This document shows positions 9,888-20,000 of a stretch of DNA of 64,000 nt, piece after piece; position 1 is the first letter of the stretch; each line of letters opens with the position of its first letter. This stretch comes from a candidate division FCPU426 bacterium. Its GTDB lineage: Bacteria > Oederibacteriota > Muellerivitia > Muellerivitales > Muellerivitaceae. Location of the stretch: assembly GCA_963771075.1 (NCBI GenBank), contig CAVYSE010000028.1, positions 352,001 through 416,000 on the forward strand, read 5' to 3'. Made by a program: the position numbers and the translations under genes. The notes beneath the pieces were generated by a model that worked only from the letters and a program-made list of their open reading frames with translations, ran no database searches and was not told the origin of the DNA.

Positions 9888-10967
9888 TGGGAAAGCAAAC
9901 GATCGTCCCCTTCGGGCCGCAGCATCCGGTTCTGCCGGAACCCATCCACCTGGACCTGGTATTGGAAGATGAGAAGGTCGTCCAGGCCATCCCCTCCATC
10001 GGTTTCATCCACCGGGGCCTGGAGCGCCTGGCCGAAAAGAAGGAATTCACCGACATGGTTTACGTGGGCGAGCGCATCTGCGGTATCTGCAGTTTCATCC
10101 ACAGCCACGGCTTCAGCCACGCGGTGGAAGGCGCCATGAAGATCGAGGTGCCCGAAAGGGCCCAGTACCTGCGGGTGATCTGGGGGGAAATGTCCCGTAT
10201 CCACAGCCATTTGCTGTGGCTGGGGCTGATGGCCGACTCCTTCGGCTTCGAGAACCTTTTCATGCATTCCTGGCGGGTCCGGGAAAGGCTGTTGGACCTG
10301 GTGGAGGCCACCACGGGCGGCCGGGTCATTTTCGGTTCCTGCAAGGTGGGCGGCGTGCGCCGGGACATCAACGAGGAAGCCATGACGGGCGTCTCCAAGG
10401 AACTGCGTGGAGATCGAGAAGATGAGCGCCGAGATCACCTCGGTCTTCGAGAAAGACTCCTCCGTCAAGAAGCGTACGGTGGGCGTGGGCGTTTTGTCGA
10501 AAGAGGACGCCTACCTACTGGGCGCAGTGGGGCCGGTGTTGCGGGCCAGCGGGGTCGCTTCCGACCTGCGGATGCTGGGCTACGGCGCCTACGGACAGCT
10601 TCAGTTGCAACCCGTGGTCGAGAAGGGCGGCGACTGCTACGCCCGCACGATGGTGCGCTGCCGGGAGGTCCATCAATCATTCGGCCTGATCCGCCAGGCC
10701 ATCGAGCGCATGCCGGCCGGGCCCATCGATGTGAAGGTGGCGGGCACCCCGACGGGCGAGTTTTTCGCCCGGCTGGAACAGCCCCGCGGTGAGGTCATCC
10801 ATTACGTGAAGGGCAACGGAACGAAGTTCCTGGAACGCTACCGGGTCCGCACCCCGACCTTCGCCAACGTCCCCCCCCTGGTCACCATGCTGGCTGGCTG
10901 CCAGCTCGCCGACGTACCGGTCATCGTTTTGTCGATCGACCCTTGTATCAGCTGCACGGAGAGGTAA
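9887..10967 (+). CDS. echE: Ech hydrogenase catalytic subunit E (frameshift near 10407)
   Basis: PFGPQHPVLPEP, L1 ERICGICS, L2 DPCISCTER with no C-terminal extension. Confidence 0.95.
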
Positions 10968-10970
10968 CCC

Positions 10971-11354
10971 ATGCCCTTTTTTCAAATGTCCAAGCTCGCG
11001 ATCGGAAGCGCATTGAAAAAGCCGTCCACCCGGCTTTACCCCTTCGAGATCCGGCCCGATATCGACAAGACCCGGGGCCGAATCGAATTAAAGGTGGAAA
11101 CTTGCACCTTTTGCACCCTCTGCGCCAAGAAATGCCCCACGGGCGCCATCGAGATGGACCGAAAGGCTACCCCCCGGGTATTCCACCTGGACCGTTTCAA
11201 GTGCATCCTCTGCGGCGCCTGCGTGGAAGGCTGCGCCAGCAAGTCCATTACGACCGAGAACCATTGGGCCGCGCCGATGGATAAGAAGCAGATTTTGACC
11301 TGGACCCAGGCCGCCCCGCCCCCGAAACCCGCGCCTGCCGCCCCCACAGCGTAA
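10971..11354 (+). CDS. echF: Ech hydrogenase 2x[4Fe-4S] subunit F
   Basis: TRLYP, CTFCTLCAKKCP and CILCGACVEGC. Confidence 0.92.
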   Translation: MPFFQMSKLAIGSALKKPSTRLYPFEIRPDIDKTRGRIELKVETCTFCTLCAKKCPTGAIEMDRKATPRVFHLDRFKCILCGACVEGCASKSITTENHWAAPMDKKQILTWTQAAPPPKPAPAAPTA

Positions 11355-11357
11355 CAC

Positions 11358-11462
11358 CAGCTCACAGCTCGCAGTTGGCAGTTCGCAGTAAAGTCTTTAA
11401 GGCTTACCTGCCATCTGCGAACTGCGAGCTGCCAACTATCTTTGAGCTGTTGACTGTCGACT
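11358..11462. repeat. Inverted array of 7-nt units forming a long imperfect hairpin
   Basis: cagctca cagctcg cagttgg cagttcg ... ccatctg cgaactg cgagctg ccaacta..tgagctg. Confidence 0.8.
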
Positions 11463-11485
11463 TCTTCTTATGGCTAACTACCCCC

Positions 11486-11821
11486 ATGCATGAATACTCC
11501 GTCGCCCTCAACGTCGCCGACCTTGTGCTCCAGCACAGCCAGGGCAAGCGCATTGAGAAGGTCAACCTTTCGATTGGGGACATGTCGGGGGTTTTTTACG
11601 ATTCCCTGGCCATGTACCTGCAGTTGGTCTTGGAGGAAAAGGGCCACAAGGATGTGGTGCTGAACGCCCAGTTCATACCTGCGACCTTCGTCTGCGCCTG
11701 CGGGAAGGAATATACGGCCTCCAAAATGGCGGAGGCTTGTCCCGCCTGCGGGGGCTATGACCGTAAAATCACCGCAGGCAAGGACTGCCTGGTGGAAAGC
11801 ATCGAAATCAACGACGAATAG
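11486..11821 (+). CDS. hypA: Hydrogenase nickel insertion protein HypA
   Basis: MHEYSVA start, CACG...CPACG, GKDCLVESIEI. Confidence 0.95.
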   Translation: MHEYSVALNVADLVLQHSQGKRIEKVNLSIGDMSGVFYDSLAMYLQLVLEEKGHKDVVLNAQFIPATFVCACGKEYTASKMAEACPACGGYDRKITAGKDCLVESIEINDE

Positions 11822-11832
11822 ACCCAAAAGTT

Positions 11833-11931
11833 TCACCACAGAGGCACGGAGACACAGAGAACAACAGATAGATTTCGGATGGTTTAAACAAAAAAGGTGT
11901 TTTCCCTGTGACTCTGTGTCTCTGTGGTAAA
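11833..11931. repeat. Inverted 9-nt-period intergenic repeat (cacagag family)
   Basis: caccacagaggcacggagacacagag ... ctgtgactctgtgtctctgtggt. Confidence 0.8.
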
Positions 11932-11960
11932 AAATTTAATGAATGGTTTTGAGGTGTTTC

Positions 11961-12608
11961 ATGAGTGAAAAAATAGAAGTCAAAACTTCCGCCCAGAGCG
12001 TGAACAACCAGATTGCAGCAGAAAACCGCTCCTTTTTCGCAGAAAAGGGCCTGACCGTTCTCAACCTGGTCAGTTCGGCGGGGTCGGGAAAAACTTCCCT
12101 TTTGGAATCCATGGCCAAGCGCTATGGCCACGAGATGGCCGTCATTACCGGCGATATACAAATGACCTACGACGCCGACCGCATCTCGGCCGCCGGAAGC
12201 CAGGCCCTCCAAATCGAAACCCACGGCACCTGCCACCTGACCGCTCAGATGATCAAAGACCGGCTGAAGGACCTGAATTTAGAGAAGGTGAAACTACTAG
12301 TGATCGAGAACATCGGCAATCTCGTCTGCCCCTCAACTTATGATTTGGGGGAGAACATCAAGGTGGCGCTTTTGAGCGTGGCGGAAGGCGACGAGAAACC
12401 CATGAAATACCCGGCGCTATTCCTCCGGGCCAGCGCGGTGGTTTTAACCAAGGTGGATTTACTGCCGTACGTCAATTTCAACGTCGACCGCGCCCAGAAG
12501 GACTGCCAAAAACTGAACCCTCAGGTGAAGTTCTTCTCCACTTCCTGCAAGACCAGCGAGGGGATGGAAGAGTGGTTTGGTTTCCTAAAAACTCTTCAAA
12601 CCAAATAA
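11961..12608 (+). CDS. hypB: Hydrogenase nickel incorporation GTPase HypB
   Basis: NLVSSAGSGKTSLLE, CHL, IENIGNLVCP, EGDEKPMKYP, TKVDL. Confidence 0.96.
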   Translation: MSEKIEVKTSAQSVNNQIAAENRSFFAEKGLTVLNLVSSAGSGKTSLLESMAKRYGHEMAVITGDIQMTYDADRISAAGSQALQIETHGTCHLTAQMIKDRLKDLNLEKVKLLVIENIGNLVCPSTYDLGENIKVALLSVAEGDEKPMKYPALFLRASAVVLTKVDLLPYVNFNVDRAQKDCQKLNPQVKFFSTSCKTSEGMEEWFGFLKTLQTK

Positions 12609-12636
12609 TCAAAAACTTATTAGAGGGCCCCTAAAA

Positions 12637-13302
12637 ATGAAAGAACAGTGGACCGCCGTCGATAACTATATCCAAGACAAGCTCTTGCCCGACGATCTAG
12701 TACTGGAGTCAGCGCTCAAGGCGAGCGATGCGGGAGGCCTCGACCCCATCCAGGTTTCGCCGACCCAAGGAAAATTCTTGCACCTTTTGGCGAAGGTCCA
12801 GGGTGCGCGCCGGATCCTGGAAATCGGAACCCTAGGTGGTTACAGCACCATCTGGCTCGCCCGGGCCCTTCCGCCTGGATGTAGGTTGATCACCTTGGAA
12901 ATTAACCCCAAGCACGCCGAGGTCGCCCAGGCCAACATCGCTCGGGCGGGCCTGGCCGATGCCGTCGAGATAAGGCTTGGCCCAGCCTCGCAAAGCCTGG
13001 CCAGTCTGGTAACCGAAAGCGTAATCCCTTTTGACCTTATTTTTATTGATGCCAATAAAGAAAGTTACCCGGAATACCTGGCCTGGGCCCTCAAGCTATC
13101 CCGTCCAGGCAGTTTGATCTTTGTCGATAACGCCGTCCGAAAAGGTGAAATCGCCAATTCCGCCAGCACCGACCCGAGGGTCAAGGGCACTCAGGGGGCC
13201 TACGAATTATTGGCTAAGGAACCCCGAGTCAGCGCGACAGCTATCCAGACCGTGGGAAGCAAAGGTTATGACGGGTTCATCATGGCCCTGGTTCTATCCT
13301 GA
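12637..13302 (+). CDS. O-methyltransferase (caffeoyl-CoA OMT/YrrM-like)
   Basis: RILEIGTLGGYSTIWLARAL, FDLIFIDANK, QTVGSKGYDG. Confidence 0.93.
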   Translation: MKEQWTAVDNYIQDKLLPDDLVLESALKASDAGGLDPIQVSPTQGKFLHLLAKVQGARRILEIGTLGGYSTIWLARALPPGCRLITLEINPKHAEVAQANIARAGLADAVEIRLGPASQSLASLVTESVIPFDLIFIDANKESYPEYLAWALKLSRPGSLIFVDNAVRKGEIANSASTDPRVKGTQGAYELLAKEPRVSATAIQTVGSKGYDGFIMALVLS

Positions 13303-13338
13303 TCGAATCCTTTCCCTAATGGATGGGACCGGACTTAC

Positions 13339-13704
13339 CTAATTGAACAGGCGGACCCACCTATACATATCAAGCGGGTGAGACCGTCTCCGCCAGGCCG
13401 TGGTGAAGGAAGCCCTCAAGGAGATCAAGAGGAGGAGCACCACCACCACGACCAGGGTGGACATGGCCTGTTTGGGGGTGCGGTGGGCGACCCTATGGCG
13501 CGTGTGGGGAACCTTTGATTTCCAGGCCTGGACGAGGGCCGTTTCGGTGTTTTCGAATGAGGCATCCTCAAAGCTGTTCTTGACGAAAAACCCGGCCACA
13601 TCGTTGACCGCTTCCCGGAAAAGGAGGGGCTGGAGGAGGAGCAGGCTGGAAAAGCCCGCCATGGCCAGGAGGGCGATAAAGAGCCCGCGCTGGCGCAGGG
13701 CCAT
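13339..13704 (-). pseudogene. Probable truncated N-terminus of an ABC exporter permease/ATPase
   Basis: Two hydrophobic helices with QPLLFREAVNDVAG; ends abruptly against the convergent methyltransferase gene. Confidence 0.35.
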
Positions 13705-13813
13705 TTTGAAAAGGCTGGAAGGTTGGGCGGCCCGCGTCCAAATCGGCTTCCGAAGCCGGCCCCTTCGCGAATTCAGACTTCACAATGGAACTCATTTCAT
13801 GTTTTGATAAACA

Positions 13814-14419
13814 TTAACTTTTCGCAAAATCCAAAAGTAATTTGTAATCCCCTGTGTCCGCAGTCTTCAACGCACTTAAATACCGGTCGCGGGTCTTCCC
13901 CGCTGAATCGATGGAATTGTTTTCCGTCATTTCACCCCAGGTAAATGGTTTCTGGCCGTGGGTACTCATTAATAGATTGGCGGCCAGACGGGCGTGGCGG
14001 CCATTGCCGTTGGCAAAGGGGTGGATGGAAACCAGGCGGTGGTGAAACCGTACCCCGATTTCATCCCAAGAATAGGACTTGTTTTGAATCCATACCTTGG
14101 TATCTTCACAGAGATTTTTAACCTCAACGGGTATTTGTTCCGCTGAAACGCCCAGGTTTTTGACGGTGGTTCGGTATTTCCCCGCCCATTTCCAAACATC
14201 CCCCAACATTCTTTTATGTAATTCGCGAAGAAACGTGTCCGTAAGAATTTCCGCGTGCGGCCGGGCAATCGCCCAGGTCACCGCGTCCTGTATGTTCGCG
14301 TGCTCCGCGCGGTTGAGTTCCCCTTGGTTTGTGACATGCCCGGGAACCAAGCCTTCCATTTCATCCGGGTCTAACGGCGTGCTGCCCGGCGCCGGGTATT
14401 CAATCATTCGTTTCCCCAT
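13814..14419 (-). CDS. Mobile mystery protein B (Fic domain)
   Basis: GSTPLDPDE, ELNRAE..NI, VWKWAGKYR, Fic motif HPFANGNGRHAR. Confidence 0.93.
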   Translation of the reverse strand: MGKRMIEYPAPGSTPLDPDEMEGLVPGHVTNQGELNRAEHANIQDAVTWAIARPHAEILTDTFLRELHKRMLGDVWKWAGKYRTTVKNLGVSAEQIPVEVKNLCEDTKVWIQNKSYSWDEIGVRFHHRLVSIHPFANGNGRHARLAANLLMSTHGQKPFTWGEMTENNSIDSAGKTRDRYLSALKTADTGDYKLLLDFAKS

Positions 14420-14897
14420 CCATTGGCTCCCAGATTCGTGGATCCCCGTCGCGTATCAGGTCCATCGTCAATTCAATGATCTTTTTGGCAGAAACTTCAG
14501 AGTGAATACCTTGGGCTTCAAGATTCATGGTCTGGTCCACGGTTTTTACGATTTTTTCAGCCATCTTCCTGGCCCGGTATTCCACGATCTCGGAGAGGGA
14601 GGCGTACCCCGGTTCGGGGACGATGGCCCAAACCAGCTGGCAGTTCATGGCCCGCGCAGCACGGTCGAGCGAACCCAAGGTGGCTTTTTTGGTGATCTCG
14701 TTGTTTTCAAATTGGTTGATGCCGGGGGCTTGGGTACCGATCTTCTTGGCCAATTGTGCCGTTGTAAGGCCAAGGGCCGTTCGAACGGTCTTTAACCATC
14801 CGTTTTGTGGCATGGCATCTCGCAACCCGAGAAATGGAACAAGTTTGGTGTCTATCATTTCCCTTTGGTTTTTTAGCTTTTTACGGTTAGTTTTCAT
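14400..14897 (-). CDS. Mobile mystery protein A (XRE HTH)
   Basis: PQNGWLKTVRTALGLTTAQLAKKIG, AMNCQLVWAIVP, TMNLEAQ, PRIWE. Confidence 0.92.
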   Translation of the reverse strand: MKTNRKKLKNQREMIDTKLVPFLGLRDAMPQNGWLKTVRTALGLTTAQLAKKIGTQAPGINQFENNEITKKATLGSLDRAARAMNCQLVWAIVPEPGYASLSEIVEYRARKMAEKIVKTVDQTMNLEAQGIHSEVSAKKIIELTMDLIRDGDPRIWEPMDGETND

Positions 14898-15048
14898 GAA
14901 TTTATATTAAGTTTTATATTAAAATAAATCAATATAAGATAATCTAAATATTATTATAAATGTCTATATATTAAGTTATACATTAATAATATTTGTTTTT
15001 GGGGTTAGATTTCACCATCTTTTAAATGTTTTGAGATTTAAAAAGGGG

Positions 15049-16146
15049 CTAGACGATTGTCTCCGCCCTTCGATACCGATAATAGGCCGAGCAGGCGCCC
15101 TCGGTGGAGACCATGGGGGCTCCCAGGGGATGTTCCGGGGTGCAGTTCTTCCCGAAGGCCGGGCACTGGGCGGGTTTCTTGATGCCTAAGAGGATCTTGC
15201 CGCTAATGCACTCGGTGCTTTCCTCGGCGGTGACATGGGCCACGCCGAACCTTTCTTCCGCGTCAAAGAAACGGTAGTTGTCGTTCAAGGCCCAGCCGCT
15301 CTTGGGGATTTCGCCGATTCCCCGCCACTTCTTGTTCACTACCTGAAACACTTCCTTGATCACCTTCAGAGCCTCGAGATTTCCTTCTTTAAGAACCGAG
15401 CGAGAGTATTGGTTCTCGACCTCGTGCCGCCCCTCTTCCAGCTGTTTCACGCACATATAGGTGCCCTGGAGGATATCCAACGGCTCAAAGCCGGTCACGA
15501 CGATGGGAACCTTGTACTTTTCTGCAATCGGCGGGTATTGCTCCCAGCCCATGATGGTGCAGACATGGCCCGCGGCCAGGTAGCCCTGCACCCGGTTGTC
15601 GGGCGAGGAAAGGATGGCTTCCATGGCGGGGGGCACCAGCACGTGTGAGGCGAGGAGGGAGAAATTATTGAGCCCCAAGGCTTTCGCCTGCACCACCGCC
15701 ATGGCGTTGGCGGGCGCGGTGGTCTCGAACCCCACGGCGAAAAAGACGACCTGCTTGTCGGGGTTCTGTTTGGCGATCTTGACCGCGTCGAGGGGGGAAT
15801 AGACCAGCCTCACCTGCCCCCCATTGGCCTTGACTGAGAGCAGATCCTTATTCGATCCGGGAACGCGCATCATGTCGCCGAAGGAACAGAAGATGACCTC
15901 TGGGCGGGCGGCGATCTCCACCGCCTTGTTGATGACCTCCACCGGCGTCACGCAAACAGGGCATCCCGGGCCGTGTACCAGGGAGATTTGGGGAGGAAGC
16001 AGGTCTTCCAGCCCGTAGCGGGCGATGGAATGGGTCTGACCCCCACAGATTTCCATGATGACCCAGGGCTTGGTGGTGATTTTCTTGATGGATTCGGCGA
16101 GCTTCAGGCAGGCGGGACCGTCCCGGAACTCGTCGACGTACTTCAT
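15049..16146 (-). CDS. hypD: Hydrogenase maturation protein HypD
   Basis: [46 protein letters not shown]. Confidence 0.98.
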   Translation of the reverse strand: MKYVDEFRDGPACLKLAESIKKITTKPWVIMEICGGQTHSIARYGLEDLLPPQISLVHGPGCPVCVTPVEVINKAVEIAARPEVIFCSFGDMMRVPGSNKDLLSVKANGGQVRLVYSPLDAVKIAKQNPDKQVVFFAVGFETTAPANAMAVVQAKALGLNNFSLLASHVLVPPAMEAILSSPDNRVQGYLAAGHVCTIMGWEQYPPIAEKYKVPIVVTGFEPLDILQGTYMCVKQLEEGRHEVENQYSRSVLKEGNLEALKVIKEVFQVVNKKWRGIGEIPKSGWALNDNYRFFDAEERFGVAHVTAEESTECISGKILLGIKKPAQCPAFGKNCTPEHPLGAPMVSTEGACSAYYRYRRAETIV

Positions 16147-16391
16147 TGCGCGCCCTCGTTGGCCAGGGCCTTCAACTGCTGGAAATCCTCCAGGGTTAGC
16201 TTGGCTTCTGCTTCATCCAGCAAGCTGATGGCGACCCCCACGTGCACGATCACGTAATCCCCCACCTTGGCCTGGGGCAGGCAGGAAAGGGAAACCTCGC
16301 GGGCCACGCCGTCAAAATCCACCTTGCCCGTGCGGAAGAGGGGGTCTTCCCCCGTGACCGTCACGATTTTTCCCGGAATAGCTAAACACAT
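16143..16391 (-). CDS. hypC: Hydrogenase chaperone HypC
   Basis: [22 protein letters not shown]. Confidence 0.97.
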   Translation of the reverse strand: MCLAIPGKIVTVTGEDPLFRTGKVDFDGVAREVSLSCLPQAKVGDYVIVHVGVAISLLDEAEAKLTLEDFQQLKALANEGAQ

Positions 16392-16419
16392 GTAAGGCTC
16401 CTTCTGCGAATTCAGGTCC

Positions 16420-17030
16420 CAGTTGTGGAAATTGATTAATTCGTTTTTCAGTAATGACTTAGGCCAACGACATTTGGTAGGTCTGCAAAGCAAGCTTCAG
16501 AATTCTAAGCGCTTCCTTTTTATGGCCTTGAACAACCAGCATATTTCCTAAGAGCTCCATCGTAAAGCCCAGCAATTTTCATTAAAACGTCCCCATTGAG
16601 TAGGATTTCTCTAAATAATTGGATAGACCGACAATTCAATTATTGCGTCTTTCCGAACGCTCCATTTGAGGTAAACAAAGTATTTTTATTTTTTGTGTAC
16701 AAACTAAAAGTTTCAAGACATAACTTGATCAAAAAATCTGAAACCTGCACAAATTCCGCTTGGTGAACAACAAAATACTGATATAAATCCATGGTTGTTT
16801 TCGTGGTATTTAAATACCAATTCCGAAGCTGATCACTGAACTATCAGCACTTTTTAACGTCCTAAGCCATATTCTCGGCGGACTATATATGCCTGTTTAC
16901 AGGCCCAACAGTTTTTAGGATGTGGGGGATACTTATCATGTGTTTTTTGAAATTTCATTCTTAAATCCAATTTAAAGTCGCATTCAAACGTTTACTGCAT
17001 GACTTATCTTAACCGGTAGTATTAATTGGA
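16420..17030 (-). pseudogene. AT-rich decayed insert between hypF and hypC
   Basis: About 600 nt, AT-rich, no long ORF; residual frame MELLGNMLVVQGHKKEALRILKLALQ looks like a TPR-type helix. Confidence 0.35.
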
Positions 17031-17044
17031 TTATCTGACGGCGG

Positions 17045-19361
17045 TCATTTGTTCTTGAGAATTTTTCTCGCGTAGGCGGCCTGGCCAAGGGCCAAACCCC
17101 CGTCGTTGGGGGGCACCTGCTGGTGCCAATAGGGGGTGAAACCCTCTTCTTTCAGGCGCCGGATGGCGCCCTCGGCCAGATACCGGTTCTGGAAACAGCC
17201 CCCGCTTAAAAGCACCTGGGTGCAACCTTCCCGCTTGGCCGCATCCACCAGGCATTCGATGAGGGCATTATGAAATTTGCGGGAAATGATCCCGGCGGGT
17301 TCTTCGCTCCTCAAGTCCGATCAGGATCTCCTTCATCATCGGTTCCCAGTCGAGGATAAATCCAGCTCCCTGCAGAGCAATAAGGGAAAGGGATAGCGTT
17401 CCTTGGTATCGGCCCTGGAGAGCGCGAATTCCAGGCGTCATGGCCGCGTCGCCCTCGAACCGGCTCTTTTGGCATAACCCGGCCAGGGAGGAAACCGCGT
17501 CAAACAACCGCCCCATGCTGGAGGTTCGTCGGCGTGGCCGGGTTATTCAAGAGGTTGCTTGAGCACCGACAGTTCGGCGGGCTCAAAGGCCGACAACGAG
17601 GGGAATGTCGATCCAGGTGAAGATTTCGTCCCCCTCCATCTCATAGAGAATCCCCAAGGCGCAACGCCTGGGTTCTTTGGCATGCCTGGTCCCCCCCGGT
17701 CAGGGGAAAGGTCCGCTGGTGGCCCACCCGCTCATCCTTATCACCCAGCCGGAAAAATTCCCCGCCCCAGATGGTCTGGTCCTCCCCCAGGCCCGTGCCG
17801 TCCCAGGCCGCGCCGAAAGCGGCGCCGTCCACGTGGTTTTCCGCCGCGCAGGCGTAAAGATGCGCCAGGTGGTGCTGGACCTTGATGACCGGCAAAGCCC
17901 CACTCGCATCCCTTGCGGGTCGAGGGGTAATCTGGGTGCAGGTCCACCGCCACCGCTACGGGGTCCGCCTCATAAAGCTAGGAAGGTCGAGAGGGATTGC
18001 TCGAAGGCTTCCATGGAAGGCAGGGTTCCCAGGTCGCCCAAGTGCTGGCTCAAGAAAACCTTGTCGTCCTTGGCCAGGCCTACCGTGTTCTTGAGAAAGG
18101 CCCCGAAGGCCAGGACCGATTCCCCCTTTTCTTTCATTTGGACCGGAAGGGGCGCGTAACCCCGGGCCCGGCGCAAAACCTGGGGCTGGCCGCCTAACAA
18201 CCGGGTAACCGAATCGTCCATGGGCCGGGCGATGGGGCGGTTGTGGACGAGGAAAAGGTCGGCCAAACCCCTCAAGCGTTCCAGCGCCTCTTTTTCCTCG
18301 TAACAAATCGGCTCTTCGGACAGGTTGCCGCTGGTGGCCACCACGGGAAAGCCCAGGTCCCGCATCAAGAGATGGTGCAGGGGGGTTGTGGGAAGCATGA
18401 CGCCCAATTGGGGATTGCCCGGCGCCAACCCTTCCGCAAACCACTCAACCCCTTCCTTCTTATAGACCAACACGATGGGTGCCGCGGAGGAGAGCGAGGA
18501 GTGATTCCTCTCCCCGGGTGATACCACACAGACTTTTTTGATCTCCTCCATCGAGGGAAACATGACCGCGAAGGGTTTGGCCTCCCGGTGCTTGCGGATG
18601 CGCAAAAGATCCACCGCCTCATGATTGCGGGCGTCGCAAACCAGTTGGAACCCGCCCAGCCCTTTCAGGGCGATGATCTGGCTTTTGCGGATGGCTTCCT
18701 CCGCCAACCGAAGCGCGTCTTCTTCTTTCGCCAATACAGCCCCCGATTGGGGGTCCCAGGCTTCCAGTTGGGGGCCGCATTGGGGGCAAGCCGTGGGCTG
18801 GGCGTGGAAACGCCGGTCGGCGGGATCTTTGTATTCTTTTTTGCATTTCGGGCATAGCGCGAATGCCCTCATGGTGGTGTGGGGCCGGTCGTAGGGGAGC
18901 TTCTCGATGATGGAAAAACGGGGCCCGCAGTGGGTGCAGTTGGTGAAGGGGTAGCGGTAGCGGCGGTCGGAGGGGTTGAGGATTTCCGCCACGCAATCCG
19001 GACAGGCCGCCAGGTCAGGCAGGACGAGCACAGTCTTGTCGCCCGCTGAGTCGCTTTCCCTGATCTCAAAATGCCCATAGCCCTTGGGCGGGAAGAACTC
19101 CACCTTCAGGTCATCGATTCGGGCTTGGGCGGGCTTTTCGTCCCGCAGGCGCTTCAAAAATGGGACGAGATCGGAAGAAAGGCCCTCCACCTCCGCTTCC
19201 ACCCCTGCGGCACCGTTCAGGACATAGCCCTTAAGTGAATGTTCCTTCGCCAGGCGGTACACGAAAGGGCGGAAGCCCACGCCCTGGACCACCCCGCTCA
19301 CCCGCACCTTCACCCGGGACAGGGGGAGGGAGGACGGATCGCTGTTGTTTTTCGCGTTCAT
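17045..19361 (-). CDS. hypF: Carbamoyltransferase HypF (several frameshifts in the 3' half)
   Basis: GVVQGVGFRPFVY, CPDC/CTHCGPR zinc fingers, RRARGYAP, QHHLAH, WDGTGLG, MGRLFDAVS, PPNDGGLALGQ spread over four ORF pieces. Confidence 0.95.
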
Positions 19362-19423
19362 GGAAGATCTTATTCTTTCACCTTCTCCCCTGGAGGGAGA
19401 GGGTTCACTCTTTTACATCCTGT

Positions 19424-19849
19424 TCAGCCCTTAATCCACTCCAAAACCGCCTCGACCGCCTCATCCAGGGCCTGGAGGGTGACAGGGGAGAACCTTTCGG
19501 TGAAATCGAATTGGCGGGCCGGGACCCGGCAAAGGTAAAGACGGGGGGTGGAACCGTAAAGGATGCCCGAGAGCTCGAGCAGGGCTTCGGGTGAAAGGTG
19601 GTGGGTGGAGGCGGAGGCATTCGCTTTCGGGTCTATTTTTTCCACAAGTACCCTGTCACCCTGTGGGTCGGCATCGACAAGGAGGACCCGCTCAAAAGAG
19701 CCCCATTCCTCGGCCAGTTCCAGGTTGAGCTGCTGGGCGGTGCGTGTTTCCACGCCCGGGATCTCGCGTTTTTCCAGCCTGCGGGCCACTTCCCAGCCTG
19801 CCCCGTCGTCGCCCCGGGTGGGGTTGCCGTAACCCAAAACCAGAATCAT
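19424..19849 (-). CDS. hoxW: Hydrogenase maturation protease (HoxW-type)
   Basis: LGYGNPTRGDDGAG, QQLNLELAE, VDA, THHLSP; follows hoxH. Confidence 0.88.
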   Translation of the reverse strand: MILVLGYGNPTRGDDGAGWEVARRLEKREIPGVETRTAQQLNLELAEEWGSFERVLLVDADPQGDRVLVEKIDPKANASASTHHLSPEALLELSGILYGSTPRLYLCRVPARQFDFTERFSPVTLQALDEAVEAVLEWIKG

Positions 19850-19866
19850 TTAAATTCCAATCTGTA

Positions 19867-19979
19867 ACCACAGATTGCTTCGCAATCACAGAGGCACAGT
19901 AAAAAAGGAATATTTTAGGTTTAAAAAATCCAAAAGCCTTAACCGTGTCTCTGTGGCCCCAAAGGGGCCCGTGGTGAAA
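19867..19979. repeat. Second copy of the cacagag-family inverted repeat with inserted mini-hairpins
   Basis: accacagattgcttcgcaatcacagaggcacag ... ccgtgtctctgtggccccaaaggggcccgtggt. Confidence 0.75.
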
Positions 19980-20000
19980 ACTTTTTTATCTTTGAGATTC

